Origin: Vicugna vicugna
Taxonomy: Eukaryota
Direction of reading: 5' to 3'
Length of the DNA: 64,000 nt
Assembly: GCA_013265495.1 (NCBI GenBank)
Contig: MU061578.1
Span: forward strand, 9,308 to 73,307
Positions within the stretch are counted from its first letter, which is position 1. Each line of letters opens with the position of its first letter. Under the pieces are notes generated by a model. It was not told where the DNA came from, searched no databases, and was given only the letters and a program-made list of their open reading frames with translations. Positions 1-13,491 of the stretch are shown piece by piece. The position numbers and the translations under genes were made by a program.

Positions 1-438
<438 letters not shown>

Positions 439-486
439 TAGCTCCTCCGCGCCCGCCCTCCGGCGTGGACCACCCAGGGCGGGTGA

Positions 487-747
<261 letters not shown>

Positions 748-1639
748 TGACACCGGCAGGTGGGAAATGGGGTTAGGAGCACGGGGCGCGGCCCTCTTGC
801 TCCACCTGTAACGTTGTGTGGTTGAGGATTCATTCGACAAACGTTGATTGCAGGCTTTCTGTGGGTCAGGCAGCGAGCAGGTTATGAAGCCCCAGGCCAT
901 GCGCTCAAGGGGCTCGCAGATGAGCTGGCGAGACCGAGGTGGATGTGCGCAGTAATATTTTAGAGTGACAAGCAGCACGAGGGAGCGTGGTGGGAGGCCG
1001 AGGAGACACCTGAACCAGCCGAGGAGGTGACTGTGGAACAGATAGGTCTCATCCCACAGACCAGAAGGCACAGCCCATGTCGGCCTTCTCTGCATCCTCA
1101 GTGTTGAGGACAAGCGCTTGGCAGTAGCAGGGATGCAGTAAATATTTGTTGACTGCTTCAAGGGAGGCAACCAGGAGGCAGAGAACAGCCCCCTCTCCTC
1201 AGGGGCCCTGTGCCTGTTGTTCATGGCTGATTTCCCAGTGCCTGGCACAGTGCTTGGAACTCAGTAAAGGCGTGAGGACTGAATGTGAGAAAGCAAACAG
1301 GCTGAATAAACACTGGAAGAAGGAGGGATAGAAAAGTAATAGTTGAAGTCACTGAGGCTTGCAGCCGGCCAGATACAAAACTGAACACTTTCCATCTGTG
1401 TTTTCATTTAATCCTCATAGACTCCCCACAAAGTTATTGTCATCGCCATTTTAATCTTTGTTTTTCCATTGAGGAAATTGAGGCCCAGAGAGGTACCACA
1501 GAAAGAACCTGATGAGGAAATGAGGAAGGACTGAGTTCCACAGACCTTGAAAAGTGTGGGCAGTTTTTGATAGACTTACTGAGGCTTGGGCATGTGACTC
1601 GTAAGAATAAAGACAAGACCCCAGCATGGCCCACAAAAG

Positions 1640-2070
1640 CTTCCAGGATCCCTTTCCAACTCCACTCTCCCCTTTGCTCCTTCCTCATCAACCATGCTGG
1701 CCTTGGGCCAGTTCCTGGAATGTGCCAAGTTTCTTCCCGCCACAGGGGCTTTGCACATGCTATTCCCACCACCTGGAGTCTTCCTGTTTCCATTGTTCCA
1801 ACCTGACTTGGTTAGCTCCTACTCATGGCACAGGTTGTGTGACATTTTTAGAGTTAAAGTCTGACTCTTTCGTTAGACCATGAACTCCATGAAGACAGAG
1901 ACCATATCCATATTGCCACTGCTGGATTCCCAGTATTTATCATAGAGCCTGGCAGAGTGGTCCACGAGCCAAGGTTTGCTGAGCAGGTGCGAGAGTGAAT
2001 GCAAACTCTATTATTTAGAGGTAGAACTCAGTCCGTACTTGTTGATTGAATGAGTAAATGAATGAACCAG
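1640..2070 (+). mobile_element. L2 LINE 3' fragment
   Basis: cagggctttgcacatgctattccc...gcctggcaga...gaatgagtaaatgaatgaa, typical of an L2 3' end. Confidence 0.6.
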
Positions 2071-2086
2071 ACCGTTTCTCTAAAAT

Positions 2087-2288
2087 CCAGTGGTATGTTG
2101 GGAAATATTAAACAACTGGCTCTCTGGGGGAGGGGAGAGTCTTGATTTGTGGCACTTGCCAATTTCTGTGGTGTATATATTCCTATTGTGGTCAATTTTA
2201 AGCTGGCAACATGATGTCAACTGATTCCCCAAATGCCTGAAAATGTAACAATTAACTCTGATACAGTCTAGCTCCAGCACACCTCTGT
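2087..2288. mobile_element. hAT-Blackjack MITE, MER63-like
   Basis: ccagtggtatgttgg...ccagcacacctctg terminal inverted repeats with the core gccaatttctgtggtgta...attttaagct. Confidence 0.65.
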
Positions 2289-2560
2289 GTAAAGTCCCAC
2301 TGAGGGAGATGTCCCCCAGATGCCTGGAACCTGAGGGGGTCAAGGAAAGGAAGTGGCCTCACAGACTCTGTCCTCAGCCCCAGGCTGCACCAGGAGGAAC
2401 TTTGGGTGTTCTCGGAGCACTGCTTCAGGAATAATCAAGAATTTCTGTCCATAAAGTGAGGGAGATGGGGGTCAAATCCCAGCTCAGATCCTTACCAGGA
2501 CCCTCTGTGATCCTGGGGTAGGCATCTTAACCTCTGAGCCTCAGTTTCCACATCTGTCAA

Positions 2561-2700
2561 TTTTTAAATTTATTTATTATTATTATTTGGGGTGTGGAAG
2601 GGAGGTAATTAGGTTTATTTATTTTTATTGGAGGCACTGGGGATTGAACCCAGGACCTTGTGCATGCTAGGCATACACTCTACTCGGCTATACCCTCCCC
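2561..2700 (-). mobile_element. Camelid tRNA-derived SINE (Vic-1-like)
   Basis: Minus strand reads GGGGAGGGTATAGCCGAGTAGAGTGTATGCCTAGCATGCACAAGGTCCTGGGTTCAATCCCCAGTGCCTCC plus an A-rich tail, with A/B boxes. Flanking direct repeat ttccacatct at 2546-2555 and 2701-2710; inserted into a MIR. Confidence 0.85.
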
Positions 2701-3149
2701 TTCCACATCTAGGGTCAGAATGAGACATAGAACCAGGAGGGGGTGTGGTCAAGAGTCCACAAGCTAGCTGGATGAAAAACTTGACCTTACCCAGGACCTC
2801 ATCTAGTGCCTGGTTGTCGTGGGATCTCTCCGTCGTATGAAGAATAATTTGATATAAAAGTGCTAGATATGTAGTGAGTGCTCAGTAAACACTAGTCCTC
2901 TTTACCATTCCTTCCAGCTTCTCTTAGATGTAGTTACAGCTATGGTGTGCTGGCCCCTGGCTGGGCTGGGTGCTGGCATTCAGTCTAGGGTGAACTGGAT
3001 GGTTAACTACAGTTGGCACTGGTCTGGACTCTTTGTGAAACTTGGTAATGCACCAACCCTGTGTGCTGCAGGATTTTGAGAAAGAGGCAAAACTCACATT
3101 CACAGTCTGTTCGTCTGTTCACTCCTTGGATCCAGGTCTAACCCCCAGC

Positions 3150-3345
3150 TTCACCACCAACTAGATGTGTGGCCCTGGGCAAATTTCTGTACCTCTCTGA
3201 GCCTCAGTTCTCTCATGGGCAAAATGAAGGTAACTGTCATCTCCCTTCATAACGTTACTGCGAGGGTGAAACGGGAGAGCGTATTTAAAGAGCCTCACAG
3301 TGTCTGGCCCCTGCGTGTCATAAGTGTTAGCTGCTATTATTAGCA
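3150..3345 (+). mobile_element. MIR SINE
   Basis: tgtgtggccctgggcaaat...ctctgagcctcagtt...aaaatgaagg core. One of many MIR copies in the window. Confidence 0.75.
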
Positions 3346-4711
3346 TTGTATCATCCATGACAGAGAGGAGGCTGCCCCTTCAGACTGCGTGCTTGCTGCA
3401 AATCACCCCTGGAGAGAACTTTCCCCCAGAATCTCTATCCCCAAGAAGAGTTTAGAATGTTGTCCAAGTTCTTTTATGATATGAAGATGTTTCATTCCTT
3501 TTAGGACCTGCTGCAGAGCCCAGAGAAGAGAGAGGCCAGTTGACAAGCAGCATGTTCTGCGAGTCAGCGTCCTAGACAAAGCTTTGCTGGGGGGTGGGGT
3601 ATAGGAAAACCCACTGATTCTCCTTCTAAGAAAATCCACGCAGGCAGCCGACTTTGGTACCCAATAAAAATCTTACCTTGCTTGGATATTTTGTCTTCCT
3701 GATTAGCTCTGGGGATGCCATAGGTTTGGTTCCTTGGCTAGGGACTGGAATTAATTTTGCTGAGGGGCGGGGAATGGTCATCAAATTCAGCACAGTTTAG
3801 ATAAAAGAGCCATAGTCTAGAACCAACCAGGCTAGCTGTATCAGCCAGGAGTGTCTTGGTGGCAAGTGACAGAAACTCAAATTATACTCATTTTAGCCAG
3901 AAAATTGCTGGTCCACTAACTGAAAAGCTCGAGCCTGCTGGGATCCAGAGAACTAAACTCAACTTCTTTCCTGTCCTTTCTGGGCTTTGCTTCTGTCTGG
4001 GTTCCGCATTCAGCTAAATCTCCTCCGGTCTTGGCAACCAAGCAGAACGAGCCCGTTGACCAATAATTCTGCAAAACCTCCAGGCAGGTCTCTCACTGGG
4101 CCAGACCGGATCACATTCCCAGGTCTGAACCAATCACTGTGGCCAAGGGGATGGATTGTGCTGATTGGCCAGGCTGAGTCAAGCGCCTCTTGTAGCACGT
4201 GTCCAGGTGGGGTCAGCCTCATCATAGATAAGGGCCCACTTCTCACCAGCCGTGGGACTTCTGGCCAGTCACCTGCTTCCATAAATGGGCTGTTTTGAGA
4301 TGAAATTAGATCATATAAGCAAAGCACTCAGCATGGTACTACCTAAAGTTCTCCAGTTGTGGTCTCCTCCTGCTCCAAGTCATATTGCCTCCCTAAGCCT
4401 CAGGCTTCTCATCTGTAAAACGGAGCTAATCACATTTGTTTGTTTACTTGGCACATACTTATTGCACTCCTGGCACTGGGCTAGCTGCCAGGGACAGATC
4501 GTGGTGAGACTGGTGGGGTCCCTGCCACATAGAACTTAGTGGAACTTAGTGTCTAGTGTAGGAGACAGATAATAAACACATGGACCAATGAATAAATAAG
4601 CAAAAAATGGCTTCAATTAGTAGTAAGTGTCACAAAGAGAATACAACAGGCATGTAATAAAAGGTGGTGGGGAAAACTTTCAATGGAGTGGTTGAAGGGC
4701 AATAAAATAAG

Positions 4712-4930
4712 TCAGTGCTTCGAGAACAGGTGCTGTGTGCCAGACCCTGTCCTTCGCTCTTTACATGTTTCAACCCATTTAATCTTCAAAACAGTTCCAT
4801 GATCCTCCTTACTTTTCAAATGAGGAAACTGGGGCACAGAGAGGTTAGGTAACTTAACAAGGTTCGCACAGTAACTGCTGGATTTGGGATTTGGACTCAG
4901 GCAGTTTCTACTCTTTTGGAGTGATGCTAT
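4712..4930 (-). mobile_element. MIR SINE
   Basis: atgaggaaactggggcacagagaggttaggtaactt core. Confidence 0.75.
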
Positions 4931-6272
4931 ACTGAGTGTAATTTCAGTAGAACACGAGTGTGCTAAGATCAGAGGCCGTGGCAGTCCAGAGGAAAAGTTC
5001 CTAGCCTGTTTCTTGCATTCTGAGTCCCATTCTCCCACACTGCCTCCTTCAGTGTTTTATTTTTTTCTAAGAAGACTGTTATCAGGTACATCTTGCTATG
5101 CAACAAGCCCCAGGCCTAAAAGCTGGATTTCTCCTTAGCGTGGCTCATGGAACTACGTGTGACCCCTGCTCATCTCTCCAGGGGCAAGAGATACAGGCGT
5201 GCTTCCTGATACCTTCTGCTATGGGGTCCTGGTACATCCCCTCTCCTCTTTTGGGAACACTGTCCTCCACCTCTCAGCCCTCATCTTACCTCCAGGTCTC
5301 AGCTGAGATCTCCCCCAGCCCTTCCTAACTTCTAGGCTGGGTTAAGCACCCCTAAAGTTTGTCAGCTTTGTTAGTGGTTCTCTTCCAGCTCTGACACCTC
5401 ACAGCTCATCAATCTTGAGCAACTGATGTAAGTACCCTGAACTTCAGTTTTCTCATCTGTGAAATGGGAATTAAAAACTCCTACCTGGTGGAGCCTCAGG
5501 TATTTGAGGACAAGAAAGGAAAAATTATTCTCACATTCAGTGCTCATGACAGCTTGGCAAATCAGAGCCCATGGTCCAACTGACAGGTGAGGAAATGGGC
5601 TTTTAAGAGGTAATGTTTGCCTGGTAAGAGTTGGAGTCAGGATTTGAAGCCAGATCTTTGTAGAGTCCGGCTCTTTTCCATATCGCAACATCGCACCTTG
5701 GAGATCATGAAATAACTAAGATGCAGCCCCCATCCTCAAGGAAGCCATGTTCTGGTGACAACAGACTCCAAATTTTACAAAAATTGAAAAAGAAAAATCC
5801 ACTTCCTTACCAGGTGTAATAGGACTGAATAGCTCTGAGCATCTCCTGGAGTCTCAGTCACACTGAAAGATAATGACATTTCACCCTTTGGGAAAAAGTT
5901 CCCAGGACTTTCTTCTTTTGCCAGCGCTTCTGATGTTTCTGGAGAATGACACATCTCTGTTCTCTTTAAGAGCAGAACTATTACTTCACTCACCACCCCG
6001 GGGCGTCCTGACCTCATAAGCATTCCGGAAGCCTGGTTTTCCCAGTGAGCTGTTCTTCAAACAGTGTGATAATGGAACATTCACAGTTTTCCTTGGCTTG
6101 AACATCTTGGCTTTTTCCTGATTTGCTTCTCCTTGAAACAATGTATTTCTGAGTCAAAAAGATCTCCTGCACCTGGGTACCCATTTGCTCTTGATGAAAC
6201 AATGACATGTCAACATTATCAATATTATTCATTCTATTCTGTAATCTTAGCTCTCAAGTGTTGAGCTCCTAC

Positions 6273-6724
6273 TGTCTTGGACTGAAAGGCACCGCTCCCC
6301 AAAAGGTATGTCCACGTCATAATCCTTGGTACCTGTGAATGCGACCTCACTTGGAAAAAGAGTCTTTGCAGATGTAATTGAGTTAAGGCTCTTGAGATGA
6401 GATCACTGAAGATTAACTCATGGGCTTGAAATCCTACGACAGGTATCCTTGTAAGAAAAGGAGCATCACAGAGGACAGAAAAGAAGTTCATAAGAAGAGG
6501 GAGGTAGACACTGGAGCCAAGGAAGGCCAGGGATTGCCAGCAATGCCCAGAAGCCGGAAGAAGGGAGGAAGGATCCTCCCCTAGAGCCTCTGGAGGGAGC
6601 GCGGTTCTGCCGACACCATGATTTTGGACTTAGGGCCTCGAGAACTGTGACAGAATAAATCCCTGCTGCTACTCAGACACCTAGTTTGCAGTAATTTGTC
6701 ACGCCAGCTCCAGGAAATGAGAAC
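6273..6724 (+). mobile_element. ERVL-MaLR solo LTR (MLT1B/C-like)
   Basis: tgtcttggactgaa...acctgtgaatgcgacctcacttggaaaaagagtctttgcagatgtaatt...agaactgtgacagAATAAAt. Confidence 0.8.
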
Positions 6725-7599
6725 TGCCACCTCATCTATAGAAGTGCCCCCTGCTCACCACCCAGCCCATTTTTGTGCATCATCACACTCATTACCTTGG
6801 TGACACGTGGTCTGGAATTATCCCCTTTGTTTCCTGCAGGTCTGTCTCCTGTACTGGATTGTGGTCTCCATTAGGGCAGAGACTTTGTCCCCTGCAGCGT
6901 CCCCAGGCCCTACGTGGCCCATAGACATTTGTTTCTGAATGAGATGTGGCTGGAGATGGGAGACACTTCCAAGTAGCACAGAACGCGGAATCAATATTCG
7001 TGTCCCCAGATGGCAGTCCTGAAAATCAAAAAATAACAAAGACTAAGGCACATGAAAAAAAAGAAAAACCACCAAAACCCCCCAAAAAACTAAACCAAAT
7101 TTTAGCAGGAGATCTTACAACGCTCCCAGGGGGAGCCCCTGTTCTTGCCCAGACATTTAATTGAACGAGTGCGTGGAGGCAGCCGGCAGTGTGTCTGGGG
7201 ACCTCACGTGTGGGGCTGTCGGGCCCAACCAACTCCAGGAAACCTCATTAATTTCCAAATGAGAAATGATTTCATTTCTCAGCCATCGTCTGGGGGCAAT
7301 GCCGTGCAGGGAACAGATCTTACCGAGCCAGGTTCCCACACCAGCTGCTGTGGGTCCTTGCCCAAGATTTTTCCTTAAGAAAGGAGGGAACGAAGGAGGG
7401 GAGGGAGGGAGGGAAGGAGGAAAGACAACTACAGGTCTTGTCCCCTGTAATCACATTTTGTGCTGTGACAGCCTTGGGAGGGAGATCAGCCTTGTTTCCT
7501 TGATTCGCCAAGGAAGAGACTTGAAGACAAGGACCCTTGTCCCTAATGAGGTCACATTCAGGGGTATCTGCTGGACGTGAATTTGTGCGCCACCTTTCA

Positions 7600-8045
7600 A
7601 CCCACTACATCCCTCTGCTGTCTACTCTCAGTATAGTGATCAGGGCGACCTCTAGAAACTGAAGTTAAATCCTCTGATTCTTCTGCCCTAAACTGTTTGG
7701 TGGCCCCATCTCATTCAGAGAGACGTTCAGAATCTTCGCCCCCTCCCTTCTGCACGGCTGCCTCCCTCCCCTCCTTCAGGTCTTGCCTCGAATGTCACCT
7801 CCTCAGTGGAGCCACTGCTCTGGCCACTCCCCTGCTTTATTCACTCCCCTCCTCATGCATCTGTCACCGTCTCTCAACTCTGTCGTTTATTGGTTCGCTG
7901 CCTGACTCCACGCACTAGAACGTCAGCCCCACCAGGGCAGGAGTCTTGGCGGATCTGCCGCTGAATCCACCGAGCCGGGGACGGTGCCTGGCACAGAGCC
8001 TGCACTCCACACGCATGTGCTGGATGAATAAGCGAATGAGTGACT
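7600..8045 (+). mobile_element. L2 LINE 3' fragment
   Basis: ctagaacgtcagccccaccagggcagg...gtgcctggcacagag...gaataagcgaatgagtga. Confidence 0.6.
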
Positions 8046-8286
8046 GTACCTCACAGGGTGCGTGAGAATTAAGTGAGATGATACTTACACAGCACAAAGC
8101 CTGGCACGGTTGAACCTCGGTAACTGTTGTTATTTATTAATAACATGATCATTATCGGCATTAGTAGTAGCAGTAGTGTTAATTTCCCCCCCAGTATTTG
8201 GGTGCTGGCCCACAGGAGGTGCTCCGTGAATGTTTGCTGACTGACTGAAGGATGTTAGTAACTGGCCGTCCTCCTCTCTCCCCTAA

Positions 8287-8628
<342 letters not shown>

Positions 8629-8870
8629 TGAGAATTGTCTTCATTATTTCACAAAAGAAGCTGTGTTGTGAGAGCTTCAGCGTCAGGGCTGCGGGCTAGC
8701 AGGAGATCCTCACTCTCTCATGTGCCCCTGCCATCCTGAATTGAGTTTAATCGATTAAATGCTGTCCTGACACGTGATTGATTAAAATCAGGCAATGGCT
8801 GGATTTCATAGATGGGATTCAGCACAAGGCTGGTCATTTTTTGAGATTAGCAGATTATGGGATTAGCAGA

Positions 8871-9080
8871 GTTTGCGATTAGCAGATACAAACTACTAGA
8901 TATAAAATAGACAAATAAGGTTCTACTCTATAACACAGGGAACCACATTCAATATCTTGTAATAATCTATAATGAAAAAAAATTAAACTGAATCACTTTG
9001 CTAAACACCAGAAACTAACACAACATTGTAAATCAACTCTACTTCAATAAAATAAAAAAACTAAAAACAAAACAAAAAGA
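8871..9080 (+). mobile_element. Young 5'-truncated L1 3' UTR with A-rich tail, in TMEM114 intron 3
   Basis: gattagcagatacaaactact...acaccagaaactaacacaacattgtaaatcaact...AATAAA and an A tail. Same family as the copies at 12860, 36470 and 50130. Confidence 0.85.
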
Positions 9081-9234
9081 AGAACAGTGATGACACATAC
9101 ACTCGAGGGGAAAAAATAAAAGGAATGCTTGGAGGTGAGAATGCCCTGAGGCTCCATCTCCTCCAACCACCTGCTATTATTAGTATTGGCATTTATAATT
9201 CACTGAGTGACTCATTCTCCAAACAGCACCTCCC

Positions 9235-9396
9235 CAGTAGAATTCTCCCTGATGGAGAAATTCTGTAATTTGTCACGAATCAGGCTACAAGCACCTGATG
9301 TGTGGTGAGTGCCAATGAGGGGCTGAGACATTCATTTAAATTAATTTAAGTTTAAATAGCCACGTGCGCCAATGCCTATGGGACTGGATGGCGCAT
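9235..9396. mobile_element. hAT-Charlie MITE, MER3-like
   Basis: cagtagaattctccctgatgg...atttaaattaatttaagtttaaatagccacgtg. Confidence 0.6.
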
Positions 9397-9530
9397 TTTA
9401 ATTAAACACGGATGGAGACTCGCTGTGTGCTAGGTGCTGTTCTGGGTGCTGGCAAATCCAAGGTGAGCCCTTTGAGAACTCACAATTGGGGCAGACGGAC
9501 ATTTGTTAAGTTTGCTTGTTTCATAAATAA

Positions 9531-9995
<465 letters not shown>

Positions 9996-11005
9996 GCCTG
10001 GATGCCTGGTCGTGGTGGGAGGGAGGGGCTTGGCCTGGGGGCCTCATGGACCCATCCAGGTGGGCTGTGGCCTCCTCTTGCACAAAGGCCACCACCTGAG
10101 AGCTGCTGTGGACTGAGCTCTCGGCCTGGCTGTCATCTCAGTGCTGCCTGGCGGGGTATGTGCTGAGTCCATGCACGTGTGCATCCGTGTGGGCTGGAGG
10201 AGGCCAAGGGAGTGCGGAATCCATCAAAAAACAGAAACACCCTCTTCGTAATATACAGAACTTACCAACTGCAACCTCCCTGTGCCTCCTCCAGCTTCAT
10301 TTCATCCTTACCTCTGCCCTTTGGATGAGCTGCTCTTCTTTGTTAAGGAAATGGAGGACCAGAGAGGTTAGGTACGTTTTGAAAAGACACACAGCAAGCT
10401 AGTGGCATAATCTTGGCACTCTCTCCAAGATCAGCACTCTCTCCTTTATCACAGCTTTTCTGAGCAGGTCCGTGGCCAGCTGGCTGCCATGCGGTTCCTG
10501 TGTGTAGAGGATGCTGCATCTCAGACACTGGGCTCCATGCTTCACATGACCTGGAACCAGGCAGGAGGGCACTGTGGGAAACCCTGAGGGAAGACAGCGG
10601 AGATCTGGGCTTCTCAGCAAGCAGGTGGCAGATGTGTCCTCTCTGACCCCAGCCAGGCTCAGGCTCACCTGGTCGAGTCCTGAGTCTCGAGCAGAAAAGG
10701 CTCAGTTGGTGTGATGATTCTCAGTGGCCAGAGACTTGCTTTTGAAACAACACAGAGTCATCCCGGAGATGAAAGCCCCTCTTGGACAGTCAGGTAGTCA
10801 GTGGTCCCCTTCATGCGTCACTTCATAGATGTCAGGAGGCCTCCGAGGGAGGAGCTGAAGGATCAGCAAGCTGGCGACCAGCAGGCAGGGAGACAGGCAA
10901 ACCTGTGATGCCCAAGACAGACTCACCAGCAAGCTCACCAGGAGAGGGAAGAATCACTAGCACTCACAGTGCAGAAGAATAATCCTTATAATCTTGCCGT
11001 GATTG

Positions 11006-11100
11006 TCACTCTGACATCACCCTCACCACGACGTCATTACTTTCACTCTGACATCACCATCCTGACCGTGACATCATTACCTTCACTCTGACATCCTCCT
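11006..11100. repeat. Degenerate ~37-40 nt minisatellite (3 copies)
   Basis: tcactctgacatc recurs at 11006, 11043 and 11083. Confidence 0.8.
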
Positions 11101-11693
11101 CCTCATCAGAGCATGACCATCGCCGTGACTTCCTCGTCCTCCCCACGGCATGATCATTCTCACAGCTGACATCCATTGTGTCATCCCCTGCTATGCACCT
11201 GCACTGCTCTACATGCCCATCCGTCAACCAGTCGTTCAACAAACACTCACTGGAAGCCAGTTTCATGCTAGTGACCCTGCCAGAACAAGCCCTTGCTCTC
11301 TGAGCTGCCACATCATTGAGGAGAGATGGAGGCAGATGAAACATATGGTTGTTGGCGAAGACTATGGAGATAAGCGGTGCAGGGTTCAGGTGAGGGAACT
11401 GAGGCACGGACGGGTTAGGGAGAGAAAGAGGTACAACTGGGACTGAAATTCAGATCTGCCGGATTCCAAGATGACTCTTTCCATTTCTGCCGACCCTGTC
11501 TGCTCGTGGGTTCAGGATATTGCTGCTGCTTCCCTTTTGGTCTTGCTGGAAAAGCATAAACTGAATGGACTGCTCACAAGCCCCGCCCTGTGGTGAGTGA
11601 GGACGGTTGCAAAATCAGTTACTAGGCTGGGCAAAAGAGATGAAAAAAGTTTTCACAAAGTGAGAGCAACCGTGCTAGTGAGAGGGTGGTCTT

Positions 11694-11710
11694 TGCCGCC
11701 ACCTGCTGGG
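11694..11710 (-). promoter_or_regulatory. Candidate CTCF site
   Basis: Minus strand CCCAGCAGGTGGCGGCA matches the CCASYAGRKGGCRS core without mismatch. Confidence 0.6.
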
Positions 11711-11810
11711 CATATGGTAGAACTGCGTCAGAGGCTGGACTTGATCTCAAATTGGTCCAAGGACATTTGTTTTCAGCCCTGAGTGTCCAGCAATAGATTA
11801 ACACTGTAGG

Positions 11811-12016
11811 GCAGGAGTTCTCAACTGAGGAGATTCGCTGCTCCCTCTCTACCTGGGGCTTTTGGGGATGTCTGGACACAATTTTGGTAGTCATCACTGG
11901 GAACGAGTGCTACTGGCATCTAGAGGGTATGCTCAACGTCCACAGTGCACAGAATGCCCCCACGACAAAGGCTTACCTACTCCACGTGCCAACAGCGCCC
12001 AGGGTGAGAAACCCTG
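11811..12016 (+). mobile_element. MER20 hAT-Charlie MITE
   Basis: caggagttctcaac...atgtctggacacaattttggtagtcat...tgctactggcatctag...gagaaaccctg. Confidence 0.8.
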
Positions 12017-12674
12017 CTAGAAGAATGGAAAGGAGTAACAGGAGAAAGCACATGTGTACTCAAGGAACTGACAACATAGTTGAAAATAATCTCATGCGTT
12101 CAATAAATATTTCCTAAACACCTGCTATGTGTCAAGAACTCTTCTGGGGTCTGAGGACACGTTAGTGGGGATGGATGACAAGACCCCTGCCGTTAAGTGG
12201 AAACAGACGGTACATACATGAACCAAGAGTACGTATGAGAAATTCACATAGTGAAGAAAACAGTGGCATGAGATGGAGGCTGGCTGGGAGGCACTACTCT
12301 AGGAAGGATAGTCAGGGAGGGCCTCTTGGAGGAGGTGGCATTGTGCTGAAACTCAAATGAGAAACCTGCCATGTGGGGAAACATCAGACCAGGCAAGTGA
12401 CAGCAAGTGCAAAGGTCCCGAGGTGGGAAAAACCTTATGTGTTTGAGGAAAAGTAAGAAGGAGCGTCGAGGGAGAACGGTAAGAAGTGAAGTTAGAGAGG
12501 TGAGAAGGAGGCAGAGGAGGTGGACTGGGTGGTGCCCATGGTCCAAGGTAGGAGGTGCTGATGATTAAGCTGGATTTGGGATTCTATTCTATCCCATCCC
12601 ATCCCATCTCATTCCTATTTGGGAGCAATGGGACACCTCCAGAGATGGTGCAGAGGTGCATTGGCTTGAAGACA

Positions 12675-12845
12675 ACAGTTCTCAACCCACATTTCACATT
12701 AGCATCATCCAGGGACTTTAAAATAAAACCAAACTTCTAGCAACTGAGCCCAAAGGAATCAAAACCTCAAAAGTGGGCTTGGGCACTGGTATTTTAAAAA
12801 AGTTCCCCACATGACTGTGCTGTGCAGTGAGGGTGAGAACCATAG
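12675..12845. mobile_element. MER5-like hAT MITE
   Basis: cagttctcaacc...ttagcatcatccaggga...gggtgagaaccatag. Confidence 0.65.
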
Positions 12846-12859
12846 CTGAAGACCCTTTG

Positions 12860-13491
12860 TCCCACTCCTGAGCATGTATCAGGAGAAAACTCTAATTTGA
12901 AAAGATACATGGCCCCCAACATTCATAGCAGCACTATTTACAATAGTCAAGACATGGAAACAATCTAAATTTCCATTGACAGATGACTGGATAAAGAAGA
13001 TGTGGTATATGTATTATACAATGGAATACTACTCAGCCATAAAAAAGAAGAATGCCATTGGCAGTAACATGGATAGACCTAGAGATTACCATACTAAGTG
13101 AAGTATGTCAGACAGAGAAAGACAAATACCATATGATATCACTTGTATGTGGAGACTTAAGAAATGATACAAATGAGCTTATTCACAAAACAGAAGCATA
13201 CTTATAGAAAACAAACTTATGGTTACCAAAGGGAAAGGGAGTGGGAAGGGATAAATTGGGAGTTTGTGATTAACAGATGCACTCTACTGTCTATAAAATA
13301 AATAACAAAGTCCTACTGTATAGCATAGGGAACTATGTTCAATATCTTGTAGTAACCTATAATGAAAAAATATATATATACAACTGAATCACTATGCTGT
13401 ACACCAGAAACTAACACAACATTGTAAATCAAATATGCTTCATTAAAAAAAAACTCAAATGCTGAGAAATCCAACAACTGAAAAAAAAAAA
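12860..13491 (+). mobile_element. 5'-truncated young L1 (ORF2 end and 3' UTR) with two poly(A) runs and a TSD
   Basis: tcccactcctgagcatgtatc...tggaatactactcagccataaaaaagaa. TSD aagaccctttg (12849-12859) / aagatcctttg (13490-13500). Confidence 0.9.

Noticed and set aside
2625..2700. tRNA gene on the minus strand
   Set aside because: It is the degenerate tRNA-like head of a SINE, with an A-rich tail and a flanking duplication.
11006..11100. CRISPR-like repeat-spacer pattern (13-nt repeat, ~25-nt spacers)
   Set aside because: The spacers resemble each other, there are only three units, the context is mammalian and there are no cas genes. It is a minisatellite.
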